From contig JBEKOM010000001.1 of the NCBI GenBank assembly GCA_049521795.1, positions 416,001-480,000 of the forward strand: a DNA stretch of 64,000 nucleotides, read 5' to 3'. Below are positions 11,223-21,266 of this stretch, in pieces (within the stretch, counting starts at the first letter, position 1; each line of letters starts with the position of its first letter). The notes below the pieces were generated by a model, which ran no database searches, was not told where the DNA came from, and saw nothing but the letters and a program-made list of their open reading frames with translations. This DNA is from Candidatus Bathyarchaeia archaeon. GTDB lineage: Archaea > Thermoproteota > Bathyarchaeia > Bathyarchaeales > Bathycorpusculaceae. Position numbers and translations under genes: made by a program.

Positions 11223-12197
11223 ATGAATAAGGTTTTAGTGGTAGGAGCGGGCAACATTGGAAGTAGACATCTGCAGGCGTTGGGAAGAAGCAGAATTCCG
11301 TTGGAAATAACTGTAGTCGACCCAAGTGTTCAGGCGTTGGAGATGTCGAAACAACGTTTTGATGAGGTTGTTGCCAAGTCTGCTATTAAACCAAAGTACT
11401 GTCAAAACATGGAATCCGTGGGCGGAAAATTCGATGTGGGAATAGTTGCAACGACCTCGGACATAAGAAGAAGAGTTGTTGAAGAGCTACTGGGTAAGAG
11501 GAGAGTAAAATATCTGATACTAGAAAAAGTTGCCTTCCAGAGCGCAAGTGATTTTGAACATGTTATACAGCTACTGAACTCAAAGAATGTGAAGGCTTGG
11601 GTGAATTTTCCGAGAAGGGTCATCCCCTTTTACAAAGAATTGAAAACGATAATCAAGCCTCATGAGCAAGTTTTTTACACTGTTGAGGGAGGCGATTGGG
11701 GTTTGGCCTGCAATGCGATTCACTTCATTGACGTGTTGTGTTTCTTGACCGAAGAGACAGACTACAAGGTGTCTTGTCATGGTTTGGACAGGAGCGTAAA
11801 AGAAAGCAAGCGCAAAGGTTTTGTGGAGTTTACCGGTTCTCTTCAATGCTATTTCGGCAATGGGAGCGAGCTTAGCCTCATTTCGCAGAATGGTTCGACT
11901 TGTCCGCCTTTTATAACCATTTTGACAAGATCTGTTCTAGCTGTGGTCGAAGAAGAGAAGAGTGTGGCTGAGATGTCGAAGGAAGAAAAGAACTGGGAAT
12001 GGGAGGAAATCAGATTCAAATGGCCATATCAAAGCGAACTGACTCATAAGATCGTTGAGGAAATCATTGCCACAGGGAACTGTGGGTTGACACCAATCCA
12101 AGAGTCCTATTTGATACACAAGCCTATGCTGGGCTCTTTCATAGATTACCTCGAAAGGATCACAGGTAAGAAATATCCGGTTTGTCCAATTACATAG
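11223..12197 (+). CDS. Gfo/Idh/MocA family oxidoreductase
   Basis: VVGAGNIGSRH Rossmann motif, ILEK, WVNFPRR and NAIHFID. Confidence 0.8.
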   Translation: MNKVLVVGAGNIGSRHLQALGRSRIPLEITVVDPSVQALEMSKQRFDEVVAKSAIKPKYCQNMESVGGKFDVGIVATTSDIRRRVVEELLGKRRVKYLILEKVAFQSASDFEHVIQLLNSKNVKAWVNFPRRVIPFYKELKTIIKPHEQVFYTVEGGDWGLACNAIHFIDVLCFLTEETDYKVSCHGLDRSVKESKRKGFVEFTGSLQCYFGNGSELSLISQNGSTCPPFITILTRSVLAVVEEEKSVAEMSKEEKNWEWEEIRFKWPYQSELTHKIVEEIIATGNCGLTPIQESYLIHKPMLGSFIDYLERITGKKYPVCPIT

Positions 12198-12228
12198 AAC
12201 ACCTTACGACGGTGTTGGGGGAACCAAA

Positions 12229-13170
12229 ATGAAAAAGATATGGTTAGTCGGCGCTGGTTACATGGCGAAAGAATACGCAAAGATCCTTAAAGCCCTGAAA
12301 CGTGAATTTACGGTAATAGGCAGGGGAAAAGAAACAGCAGCTGATTTCGAGAGGGCCCTAAACGTCCCTGTCATAACGGGCGGTGTTGACAATTATATAG
12401 AGTCAAGTCAGGACAGGCCTGAGTATGTAATTGTGACGGTGGACGCTCAGTATCTGTATGAAGTGTCGAAGAAGATTATGAAATTCGGCGTCCAAAACAT
12501 GTTGCTTGAGAAGCCTGGCGCTTTGAACCTTTCAGATATAAGAGAATTGCAGAAATTGTCCACAGACAAGAAGTCAAAGGTTTTCATCGCTTATAATCGC
12601 AGGTTCTATTCATCAGTGCTTAAGGCAAAGGAGATCATGAAAACGGATGGAGGATGCACCTCTTTCACTTTTGAATTCACTGAATGGAGTCACCTTGTTA
12701 AAGACTCAAAGAAATCCGAAGGAGAAAAGAATAGATGGTTCATAGCGAACTCTACGCACGTCGTTGATCTCGCCTTCCACTTGGGAGGAGCTCCTAAGCT
12801 CATCGAGTGCTACGCTTCGGGTGGGTTGGACTGGCATCCATCCGCATCAATCTTCTCAGGAGCAGGTGTCGCAGACAATAATGCTCTCTTCTCTTATCAC
12901 GCCAATTGGGAAGCACCAGGCCGGTGGGGAGTAGAAGTTCTGACGAGAAAACACAGGCTGATTCTGAGACCCTTAGAAGAGTTGCAGGTTCAAAATCTTG
13001 AATCAGTTAACGTCGAAAAAGTTGAGCTCGACGACAGGTTGGACAAGTTGTTCAAGCCAGGCTTGTACAGAGAAACCGAATCTTTCTTGACGGGTGCATA
13101 TGACAATCTGAAACCTCTACGTGACCAAGTCAAAGATATGCAATTGTATTGTAAAATGGCCAACTACTAG
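12229..13170 (+). CDS. Gfo/Idh/MocA family oxidoreductase
   Basis: VGAGYMA, LLEKPG, AYNRRFY and NSTHVVD motifs. Confidence 0.82.
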   Translation: MKKIWLVGAGYMAKEYAKILKALKREFTVIGRGKETAADFERALNVPVITGGVDNYIESSQDRPEYVIVTVDAQYLYEVSKKIMKFGVQNMLLEKPGALNLSDIRELQKLSTDKKSKVFIAYNRRFYSSVLKAKEIMKTDGGCTSFTFEFTEWSHLVKDSKKSEGEKNRWFIANSTHVVDLAFHLGGAPKLIECYASGGLDWHPSASIFSGAGVADNNALFSYHANWEAPGRWGVEVLTRKHRLILRPLEELQVQNLESVNVEKVELDDRLDKLFKPGLYRETESFLTGAYDNLKPLRDQVKDMQLYCKMANY

Positions 13171-13351
13171 ACAACAGGTCTTTGCCATAACGCAGCTGTT
13201 GCATTATCGAATAATAAAGAAATCCGTCACGGAGACTCTTGAGGCCTCTTAAGCCTTCGAAAAACCCTTACTCTTTCTTGAATAGGCAAAAGTTATGTGA
13301 AATCAGATCTATCATTACTTGCAGAGAACACGAAACTCACGAGGTGTCAGC

Positions 13352-14299
13352 ATGTCACACAACTATTCAAAGATCCTCATAACCGGAGGAGCTGGCTTCA
13401 TCGGAAGCCACCTTGTTGATAGACTTCTAGTTGACGATTTCGAAGTCACGTTGATTGACAATCTTTCTACTGGCAATCTGGACAACATCAGTCGTCACGA
13501 TGGCAAAAAGAATTTTCATCTCTTACGTGGTGACATTAGGAGGCTTGATCTCGTGAAGAGGGCGGTTAAGGAAGCTGAGGCAGTTTTTCATGAAGCCGCA
13601 GTTCTATCTTGGACTGGTTCTCGGAAAAGCCTTGTTCGTCTTAACCATGTGAACGTGAGCGGAACCTTAGCTCTTCTCAACGCAAGCGTAGACTCCGATG
13701 TTAAACGATTTATTTACGCCTCGTCTGCTGCTGTATATGGAGAGGCCAGCCCGCAACCTCAACGCGAAGACTTAAGTCCGGAACCGATTTCTCCATACGG
13801 TGTTTCAAAATTGTCAGCGGAGCAGTATGTCCGAGTATTCCATAAGTTGTATGGGCTTGAAACAGTTTGCCTACGGTACTTCAACGTTTATGGTCCTCGC
13901 CAGAAATATGGTCCTTATAGCGGGGTGATAACAAAATTCATGAATCGCATATCAAAGAATGAACCACCAATCATTTACGGAGACGGAGAACAAACCAGAG
14001 ACTTCGTGAATATCAAGGATGTCGTAGACGCAAACATGCTTGCTCTAACGACGAAAAGCGCGGTCGGCGAAGTTCTTAACATCGGCACCGGCGTGGCTTC
14101 TAGAATAAGAGAGTTGGCCAAAACGCTTCAAGAAATCATGGGCCAAAAACGTGTCAAGCCCATACGCGCAGGTTTGAGACCCGCAGACATTAGACACAGT
14201 TGGGCTGACATCAACAGGGCCAAGAAAGTTTTGGCGTATGATCCAAAGGTCTCTCTTAGGAGCGGACTACGCGAACTAGCCAAGTATTTTCGAGGCTAG
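13352..14299 (+). CDS. UDP-glucose 4-epimerase-like SDR
   Basis: TGGAGFIGSH, SSAAVYG, SPYGVSK, RYFNVYGP and GDGEQTRDF motifs. ATG follows a GAGGTG RBS. Confidence 0.88.
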   Translation: MSHNYSKILITGGAGFIGSHLVDRLLVDDFEVTLIDNLSTGNLDNISRHDGKKNFHLLRGDIRRLDLVKRAVKEAEAVFHEAAVLSWTGSRKSLVRLNHVNVSGTLALLNASVDSDVKRFIYASSAAVYGEASPQPQREDLSPEPISPYGVSKLSAEQYVRVFHKLYGLETVCLRYFNVYGPRQKYGPYSGVITKFMNRISKNEPPIIYGDGEQTRDFVNIKDVVDANMLALTTKSAVGEVLNIGTGVASRIRELAKTLQEIMGQKRVKPIRAGLRPADIRHSWADINRAKKVLAYDPKVSLRSGLRELAKYFRG

Positions 14300-15078
14300 T
14301 GGGCGTTTGGTTTCCTTAGCTTGACGTTCGCACGTTTCTTGAATCGTTTCCAGTATTCTTCCTGAACTCCCTTGTTAATCTCGGCGAGCGCAGGTTCCTT
14401 CTTCAAGAGGCTTAGTATGTCTTTAAGCGTGAACAACTTTCCAGGCACATACAATCGGTCGTAGACCTCCTTCACAAGTTCAAGGTCTTCAGGGTAGTCA
14501 ACGGTAATTCTGATCTCGGGATGTTTCAATTCGTTGTCTTCAGGCTCAAGATACTCCACGTCGAAGAGTCCGGTGTCGGTGAAGTATGCTCCCCATCCGG
14601 TTTCTGTGTTCAGTGTATCCTTTATCTCGCAGACTTTTCTTAAAGCATCAACTTTCACGCCAACCGGAGTCGCTCCGAGCGGCAGATTGTTCCATTTAAC
14701 GAAGCTGGCTCCTGTCTTCAAGAAGGTTTCCGCTGTTTTGTCCATCAACTCGGGATCGCAGAAGACATCGTCTCCATCGACGTTTACTATGAAGTCCACG
14801 TTGTATTTGAGAGCAGCGTCAAGGTATCTCTTCAGGATATCGTGTTCGCTTCCACGGAAACACTCTGCCCCGCTTTTCTTAGCAATGTTGACGAAAATCC
14901 TATCTTCAGGCTGAGTGGTCGTGCACAGAACAACTAGATTTGGAAGTTTTGCTGCTTTTGCTCGGTCGATAAGGTGTTCTATGAGGCTCTTGCCTTTAAC
15001 TTCGATTAATGGTTTTCTTGGAAGTCTACTCGAGCCAAGTCGGACAGGTATGAACACCGCGATTTTGGGCATGTGCAT
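14296..15078 (-). CDS. Cytidylyltransferase (SpsF/KdsB-like; CMP-nonulosonate synthetase candidate)
   Basis: RLGSSRLPRK, FRGSEHDILKRY, DGDD and RITVDYPED motifs. Confidence 0.82.
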   Translation of the reverse strand: MHMPKIAVFIPVRLGSSRLPRKPLIEVKGKSLIEHLIDRAKAAKLPNLVVLCTTTQPEDRIFVNIAKKSGAECFRGSEHDILKRYLDAALKYNVDFIVNVDGDDVFCDPELMDKTAETFLKTGASFVKWNNLPLGATPVGVKVDALRKVCEIKDTLNTETGWGAYFTDTGLFDVEYLEPEDNELKHPEIRITVDYPEDLELVKEVYDRLYVPGKLFTLKDILSLLKKEPALAEINKGVQEEYWKRFKKRANVKLRKPNAH

Positions 15079-15099
15079 CAGCTCAAATCTTGTACAAGC

Positions 15100-15963
15100 T
15101 TAACTTCGTAGTCTCTTTGTCAGATCCTGCTGAAGGTCTTCAGCTATTCTCTTGACCTTCCCAACCTCTTCTCTGATTTCTTTGTCCTTAATCTCTTCCT
15201 TTCGCTTCTCGTTTGACTCCAAAATCAGGCGCAGCAACTTGGAGTCGTATCCTTCCAACAACAATTCTACGTTAGGAATTACGCAGTGCCTGCCAATGAC
15301 GTCTGGAAACATAATTGGCCTGTCAAACCTGGCACGATGCGTGTCAGCTAGGAAGTCGACAACTTGGTCAAAATCTGCTCCGAAATGTCTAGAAATGCGG
15401 TGCATCTCCTGAAAACAGGTTATCATCCAAGCTCTGTAAGTAGTTTCAAAGAGCTTGGCTAACTCGGTTTCTGCGCAGCTTTTCAAAACCTTGGTTCTCA
15501 AACCGAAGGCTCTAAAATGCTTGTCGGCAGCTCTTCCAGCTTCAGCGTTAGCGCCGCCGACGTACTTTGTCCAGCGCTTTAGCTCCCATTTCATGTGCTC
15601 TGGGCTTTCATGCACTCCTCGGAATGGAGAGTGCGCGACGAGATAAGGGCAACGTTTGCTCACGCTCTTTGTTGTTCCTGGCGGAACCGTGCTGTTGATG
15701 ATAACGAGTTTCGGTTTGAATCGTTTCGCGTAGTTAACGACAGCACTCACAAATTCTTCTTGCCTTTTGCATGGTATGCAAATGTGAGTGATATCTACTT
15801 TACTTGGAAGCGAGGCCTGTCCAGTTTTTCGCATCTTGGATTCGTCGAGGTCAAATCCATAGACTGCAAAACGCCCACTTTCTTTCAATAAGTCAAATAT
15901 GGCCTGACCGACTTCGCCCAAGCCAACGACTAGGACTCTCTGTTCCGCCAACTGCCGCCACAT
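15100..15963 (-). CDS. Short nucleotide-sugar dehydrogenase (UDP-glucose/GDP-mannose dehydrogenase family)
   Basis: GLGEVG, STVPPGT, HSP, ELAKLFETTY and IGRHC motifs; lacks the usual C-terminal domain. Confidence 0.78.
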   Translation of the reverse strand: MWRQLAEQRVLVVGLGEVGQAIFDLLKESGRFAVYGFDLDESKMRKTGQASLPSKVDITHICIPCKRQEEFVSAVVNYAKRFKPKLVIINSTVPPGTTKSVSKRCPYLVAHSPFRGVHESPEHMKWELKRWTKYVGGANAEAGRAADKHFRAFGLRTKVLKSCAETELAKLFETTYRAWMITCFQEMHRISRHFGADFDQVVDFLADTHRARFDRPIMFPDVIGRHCVIPNVELLLEGYDSKLLRLILESNEKRKEEIKDKEIREEVGKVKRIAEDLQQDLTKRLRS

Positions 15964-16039
15964 CCTTTCAGCGGAAAAAATGGTTCATCAAACTATTTAA
16001 ACTTCATACACCCTACAGCCTTAAGGCGAAGTGGAAGAC

Positions 16040-16543
16040 ATGCCGCAGCCAAAGATGGGAAAAGGCGTAATCGTTGGAAAGAACGTCAAGTTCGGCCACA
16101 ACGTGGTCGTCTGGAACTACGTTGTGATAGGCGATAACGCAAGAATTGGCGACGGAACACGCATCGGCAGCTTCTGCGACATAGGCAAGAATGTCATAAT
16201 GGGTAGTAACTGTAATGTGCAGACTCACGTCACGATCTCGAACGGTTGCAGGATAGGCAATCAGGTGTTTATCGCGCCGAACAGCACGCTTTTGAACGAC
16301 AAGTTTCCAGTCAGCGAGCAGTTGAGCCCGCCAACGATTGAAGACAGTGTCATAGTAGGCGGGTGCGCAGTGATACTGCCAAACGTGACGATCGGCAAAG
16401 GCGCTGTTGTCGCAGCCGGAAGCGTAGTCACGAAAGACGTTGGGTCGGCAGTTGTCGTGAAGGGTTTTCCAGCAGAGCCGATGATGACGCGGAAAGAGTA
16501 TGAAGCAAGGAAGAAGGTCTTCGTCCCGAGGCGGCTACGGTGA
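16040..16543 (+). CDS. Hexapeptide-repeat N-acetyltransferase
   Basis: LbH repeats, IGSFCDIG, LNDKFP and GSVVTKDV. Confidence 0.85.
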   Translation: MPQPKMGKGVIVGKNVKFGHNVVVWNYVVIGDNARIGDGTRIGSFCDIGKNVIMGSNCNVQTHVTISNGCRIGNQVFIAPNSTLLNDKFPVSEQLSPPTIEDSVIVGGCAVILPNVTIGKGAVVAAGSVVTKDVGSAVVVKGFPAEPMMTRKEYEARKKVFVPRRLR

Positions 16544-16547
16544 AAGG

Positions 16548-17534
16548 ATGAAAGTCTGGTACGACGCCTGCACAGGCAAACACGTTAGGTATGGCGCAGC
16601 GATTGCGAAACGTTTGAGAAAGCGTGGTCATGAAGTAATATTCACGACGAGAGAGCATCCTGACACAGTGGCTCTAGGAAAAATACTTGGCGAAAACCCC
16701 ATCGTCATTGGGAAGTACGATCCAGCATCGCTTTATACGCGGTTAGAAGAAAGCGCAAATCGGGTGCTCAGATTTTCAAAAATGTTCAGAGATGGTTCGC
16801 CCCAACTGGCCATCTCGGCCCAGTCTGTGGAGTTGTGCCGGTCTGCTTTTGGTTTAAACATTCCAATAATCGTGACGGCCGATACTCCTTATGCCACAGC
16901 GGTTAACAGGTTGACGATACCTCTAGTAAGCCTGCTTCTAATCTCAGAAGCCATCCCAAAGAGTCTCTTCAAAAAGTACGGAGCACAGAAGATTGTTCAG
17001 TTCAAAGGCGTAGACGAAGTGGCTTGGGCAAAAGACGTCAGCAGACTGAAGGCTCCTGAACTTAGGAGACCCTTGATCGTCGTCAGACAGATGGAGACGC
17101 GAGCTGCGTACGGACTTGGTAAGGGCGATGTCACCGTTGAGGCTGCGCGCAAGCTTTCTTCTCTGGGCACCGTTGTTTTTCTGCCGCGCTACAGCACGCC
17201 TAGAGATAAGAAACTGGTCGTTTTGAACGAGTTTGTGGATTCAACAGGTCTAGCTGCTCAGGCTGATCTGGTTGTGAGCGTGGGAGGGACGATTGCGAGG
17301 GAAGCTGCTTTGCAGGGGACGCCCAGCATCGTGATATCTGAATTTGGCCGTATTCAAGTAAACGAGTACCTCTCGAAAAAGGGCTTTCCACTCTTCATAG
17401 TGAAGCCGTCAGGGGTCATCACTCATGCCAAACGGTGCCTAGGGAAGAAATTCGACGTCAGAGCGAAACTGAAGAGCCTTGAGAATCCTGTTGACGTCAT
17501 CGAAAAAATCATCAAAGAAAAGCAACTCGCCTAG
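16548..17534 (+). CDS. DUF354 family GT-B fold protein
   Basis: MKVWYDACTGKH, FKGVDE and GGTIAREAALQGTP motifs. Confidence 0.75.
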   Translation: MKVWYDACTGKHVRYGAAIAKRLRKRGHEVIFTTREHPDTVALGKILGENPIVIGKYDPASLYTRLEESANRVLRFSKMFRDGSPQLAISAQSVELCRSAFGLNIPIIVTADTPYATAVNRLTIPLVSLLLISEAIPKSLFKKYGAQKIVQFKGVDEVAWAKDVSRLKAPELRRPLIVVRQMETRAAYGLGKGDVTVEAARKLSSLGTVVFLPRYSTPRDKKLVVLNEFVDSTGLAAQADLVVSVGGTIAREAALQGTPSIVISEFGRIQVNEYLSKKGFPLFIVKPSGVITHAKRCLGKKFDVRAKLKSLENPVDVIEKIIKEKQLA

Positions 17535-17542
17535 ACTGTTAG

Positions 17543-17555
17543 GGAAAAATTAAAG
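17543..17555 (+). promoter_or_regulatory. Putative BRE/TATA promoter of tRNA-Val
   Basis: GGAAAAATTAAAG about 30 nt upstream of the tRNA 5' end. Confidence 0.4.
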
Positions 17556-17583
17556 CCAAACCACCCATTCTTTGATGGAATAA

Positions 17584-17661
17584 GGGCCGGTCGTCTAGCT
17601 TGGTTAGGACATTGGCTTTACGAGCCAAAGGTCGCCGGTTCAAGTCCGGCTCGGCCCACCA
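17584..17661 (+). tRNA. trnV: tRNA-Val, anticodon TAC, intronless, CCA encoded
   Basis: Acceptor stem GGGCCGG/TCGGCCC, anticodon arm TTGGC-TTTACGA-GCCAA, T arm GCCGG-TTCAAGT-CCGGC, 3' ACCA. Confidence 0.96.
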
Positions 17662-17741
17662 TTTTATGGGAAGAATCGCTATTCGCTGGATTTTGTTTGA
17701 CGATCCATGCCTCTTCTAGGTTGAGCGTTTATGAGAATCCT

Positions 17742-18902
17742 TCAAGCTAGTTTGATCTGACTGATCTTCAGTTCTTTTCCGCGTCTTTTCAGAAGGACTG
17801 CGCTCAAGATTGCGCCGGCAAGCACGCTAATTGCTAACGCGACATAATAGAACTCAGCTATCTGTGAAGTGGCTTGAGCACCAGATGCTGGGTCGATATG
17901 AAACAGCAGGATATCTGTTGAAGGCGTAGAATTGCTTACGGAAGCCTGCACTTGGACAAGGTATACGCCTATTTCAAGGTTCATTTGGTGAATTGTTTCG
18001 TTGCTTTCCCATTCGTAAATGCCGCTGGCAACAGGTTTTTCCATCATCACATCAGAGACCCATAGAGTGCCGTTTGGATAATAGATTGCAACAGTCACGC
18101 TCGCGTTCGAAACCGTGGCTATTGTTGTGGCATCTTTGACAATCGCATCAAGCCTTATCGCAACGTCCTCTTGATACAGGTAGTCCAGACCACCCCTTAC
18201 CGTCACGACCGTTGTGGGCGGCACGACTTGTTCTTGGCTATCAAGAGAAATTTCTTCTATGTATCCAACAGGCATTGGATAGGATTGACCTCCCAGCTCT
18301 ATCGTGTTCAGATACAATGTCTTCCCAAATCCACGAAATTCGACTCCCCTAGCCTCCAGGGAACCATTAATGTAAATGTCGTAGGTATTCTTCGTTATAT
18401 CCATGACCAATCTGATCTCATACCAAGTATTATTGGAAAATTGAAGCAGGTCGTGAAGGCCACCATCGTCATAGTATCCGATATTTCCGTCAGGAAGGAA
18501 ATAGACGTTGGCTCCATGGAGGTCAGAATCTGCGTAGTGGCTATCATGGATGTAGATATCGAAATAATCCGGATTCTCAACCATCACTGCAAATGAGAAC
18601 ATCAGAGTTCCATACTGGTTGGGAAAATCTCTTCTGACGCGCGCAGATGTAGCGGGCAAGTGTGATTGATCTGTGAATTTGGCTGATTTTCCGCTGCTTC
18701 CGAAATAGGCTGCATCACTTACTACAAAAGAACATATACTTGCGTTTTGGACGGTCCATCCTTGTGGAACAGTTCCTGTGGTCTCTGAGTCAAAGTTTTG
18801 CGAGAAAACATTTGTAGTGCACTCGGCTGGTTTGATGCTGAACCCCAGAATGGAGGTCACAAACATTATCAGAACGATCGCGGAGAGGACCTTCTTTAGC
18901 AT
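17742..18902 (-). CDS. Secreted, C-terminally anchored beta-rich surface protein (ConA/LamG-like domain plus Ig-like domain)
   Basis: N-terminal signal peptide, FSQNFD and NTWYEIRLVMD..TYDIYING motifs, C-terminal TM followed by KRRGK. Confidence 0.65.
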   Translation of the reverse strand: MLKKVLSAIVLIMFVTSILGFSIKPAECTTNVFSQNFDSETTGTVPQGWTVQNASICSFVVSDAAYFGSSGKSAKFTDQSHLPATSARVRRDFPNQYGTLMFSFAVMVENPDYFDIYIHDSHYADSDLHGANVYFLPDGNIGYYDDGGLHDLLQFSNNTWYEIRLVMDITKNTYDIYINGSLEARGVEFRGFGKTLYLNTIELGGQSYPMPVGYIEEISLDSQEQVVPPTTVVTVRGGLDYLYQEDVAIRLDAIVKDATTIATVSNASVTVAIYYPNGTLWVSDVMMEKPVASGIYEWESNETIHQMNLEIGVYLVQVQASVSNSTPSTDILLFHIDPASGAQATSQIAEFYYVALAISVLAGAILSAVLLKRRGKELKISQIKLA

Positions 18903-19382
18903 ACGACTCCCTCTGTAGCATTCTATGTAAAGCTTGCATTATAACTATTGCGGACACTATGTTATGTGCAATATCCCAGTCCAAATGTTGTAGAAGAAAA
19001 CGCAATTGTACACCTGTTGTCTCAGGTTGACGGAGACCCATCTCGACTTGTGCTTTTGTCACAATTGCGCTCAATTTTATAAGTGGTTAGAGAGGTACCC
19101 TCAGACTTTTGAACAAGTGAATAAGCAGACAGATACAGGCAGTCAATGGGCACGCGAGCTCCGAAAGGCCACAGCGAAGAAACGTGGCCGCCAAGGCCGT
19201 TTTTCGAGGTATTTTCTTCCTCTTTTTCAACGGTGAAAAACCAACCGCGGGCAGGTGCGAGGGGAAGTTCTGTGTTATAAGTCTGGTGTTTACTTGGCGC
19301 GCGCGATAAAACTTTACCGTTTGGGTTTGGGGCAAGACTTTAATTCAAACTGATTCAAACTACAAAGTGGAGCCACGGGTCT

Positions 19383-20153
19383 ATGTGGAAAAAGAAAGAA
19401 GAAAAGAAAGAAGAGAAAGAGGAAGATTTGTTGAAGAAGCTATGTGGGAACGACACGAAATTGTATGATCTTCTTAGTCAGAGCTTGTATCTAGATCCTA
19501 AGGAGGCCATATCCAAACCGGATCTCAAGATCCTCGTCGAGGAGGCAGAGAAAAGTGCCGGGGATGAAGATTATCGAGGAGCAATGGAGAAATATAGAAC
19601 GGCATTGGATAAGGCCATTTTTGAGGCCACTCAAAATCCAGGGGAAATGGGTAGATACATTAAGGTCAGTCAAGACCTCGCGTCGAAGACCGCAAAAGTG
19701 ATAGAGAAAGCAAAAGAGAAGGCAAGGAAGGAAGGATTTGCGTCCCCTTCTCTTGAAGGAAGAATCAAATATTATGAATCTATGAGCGAAAGAATTGAAG
19801 ATGTCATAAGAATAGCTTCTCTCTTTTACAACGAGAGATTAGAAGAGTTGGGAGCAAGTGCTCGCGCGCTAGAACGAGAAACAAGAAAAGGAGAGAGAAG
19901 AGGCGCTGAGAGAAAAGAGGAAAAAGATGAGATGGAAGCAAAGGAGAGGCGAGAAGCAAGAAGAAAAGGAATGGGAAGAGGAGAGAGAAAAGAAGCTGAG
20001 AGAGAAGATGAGGAAATAGAGAAGAAAGATGAGGAGAGAGGGAAGGCAAGAAGAAAAGAAGGAATAGAAGCTGAGAGAGAAGAGGATAGGGCAGAGGAGA
20101 GAGAAAAGGAGAGACGAGAGGCGAAAAGAAAAGAAAGGGAGAAACAAGAATAA
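19383..20153 (+). CDS. Hypothetical protein with ER/K-rich C-terminal tail
   Basis: 256-aa ORF; the last ~90 aa are almost entirely E/R/K with repeated EAERE and ERREA(R/K)RK units. Confidence 0.7.
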   Translation: MWKKKEEKKEEKEEDLLKKLCGNDTKLYDLLSQSLYLDPKEAISKPDLKILVEEAEKSAGDEDYRGAMEKYRTALDKAIFEATQNPGEMGRYIKVSQDLASKTAKVIEKAKEKARKEGFASPSLEGRIKYYESMSERIEDVIRIASLFYNERLEELGASARALERETRKGERRGAERKEEKDEMEAKERREARRKGMGRGERKEAEREDEEIEKKDEERGKARRKEGIEAEREEDRAEEREKERREAKRKEREKQE

Positions 20154-20339
20154 CTTAGACAAGACGCACACGCTAAGTGGTGTTTGGGTTTAGGGATAAC
20201 GTCTTATCCCCCGGCTAAATTTCTACAAGTCAGCTGTCTTTTGAAAATTCTTATAATGAAAACTAAACAAGAAAAATGAAAAGAAAAATCGACGTGCACC
20301 TAGTGCACACGACACGTTCGCTAACATACGCGCGCAATA

Positions 20340-21020
20340 CTAGAGAGCCTGGAAGAGCATTTGGTTTCTGTTCTTGTCGGCGTCCTTTATCGTTCCGATC
20401 TTCCTGAGAGAGTAAGTCATTTTTCGAGATTGGTTAATGGGTATTCTGAGATTTTCGGCGAGGTTTCTGTTCGTGAATGGATTGGGGAGGTCTTTGGGTA
20501 AAACTCTGAGGAAATCCATCTTGTTCTCAAACATCACACTTTCAAGAATGCCGATGAGCTTTCTATCTTCTATGCTCGCGCCTTTTCTTCTCCAGCTTCC
20601 TTTTCCATCGTTACACCATATTTCCTCCACCTCAATCATCAGGACCTCGATGCTGAGGTTGCCCCTGGGGAAGAGATCCGATATTCTGATCAATTCACTG
20701 AAAAGATCGTATATGCTGCCTCTCTTTGGGGACATCCTTCTTCCGGTGATTTCTCCGTTGGACGTAGACCTGTGAGCTATCCATTTCTTCTTGGGTATAG
20801 GGTGGGCCAAGCGAACCTTGTGATCCTCGAGCAGACGTCTGAGTTTCGGTTTTATCGCTGAAAAGTTGGCGGTCTGTATTTCGATCAACAGGTCTCCTCG
20901 TACAATGTCCACTATGAAATCGTCCAGTTTGGCTTCTATTCTGTCCCCTGCAAGAAAGTACCATTTCTTTATCGAAGAGTGAAGTGAGCTCTCCCTTCTT
21001 GAGTCAAATGTGTTTTCCAT
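20340..21020 (-). CDS. PD-(D/E)XK nuclease-like protein with C-terminal HTH-like segment
   Basis: E..LH...K, IVDI....IEIQT nuclease-like motif; FTNRNLAENL...RKMTYSL. Confidence 0.6.
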   Translation of the reverse strand: MENTFDSRRESSLHSSIKKWYFLAGDRIEAKLDDFIVDIVRGDLLIEIQTANFSAIKPKLRRLLEDHKVRLAHPIPKKKWIAHRSTSNGEITGRRMSPKRGSIYDLFSELIRISDLFPRGNLSIEVLMIEVEEIWCNDGKGSWRRKGASIEDRKLIGILESVMFENKMDFLRVLPKDLPNPFTNRNLAENLRIPINQSRKMTYSLRKIGTIKDADKNRNQMLFQAL

Positions 21021-21266
21021 CAAAGTTGACGTCCACAGCATTCTCGGTACTGTATGGGTTGCGACCGCATAAGAATACTGCTAAAAAGAAAGTATATGCT
21101 CGCGCGCGAGCACACGACGACGAACGACTAACCTCTTTTCAATCTCTTTGCTACGATATGCCTGCTCAACCACTATCGCACTCACTTATTGATCGTAGAA
21201 GGTAACACAGATTCAATTTCCAACGTGCACGCATGCACCACATTTCGCGGTCGCTTTCTCCAGTTT

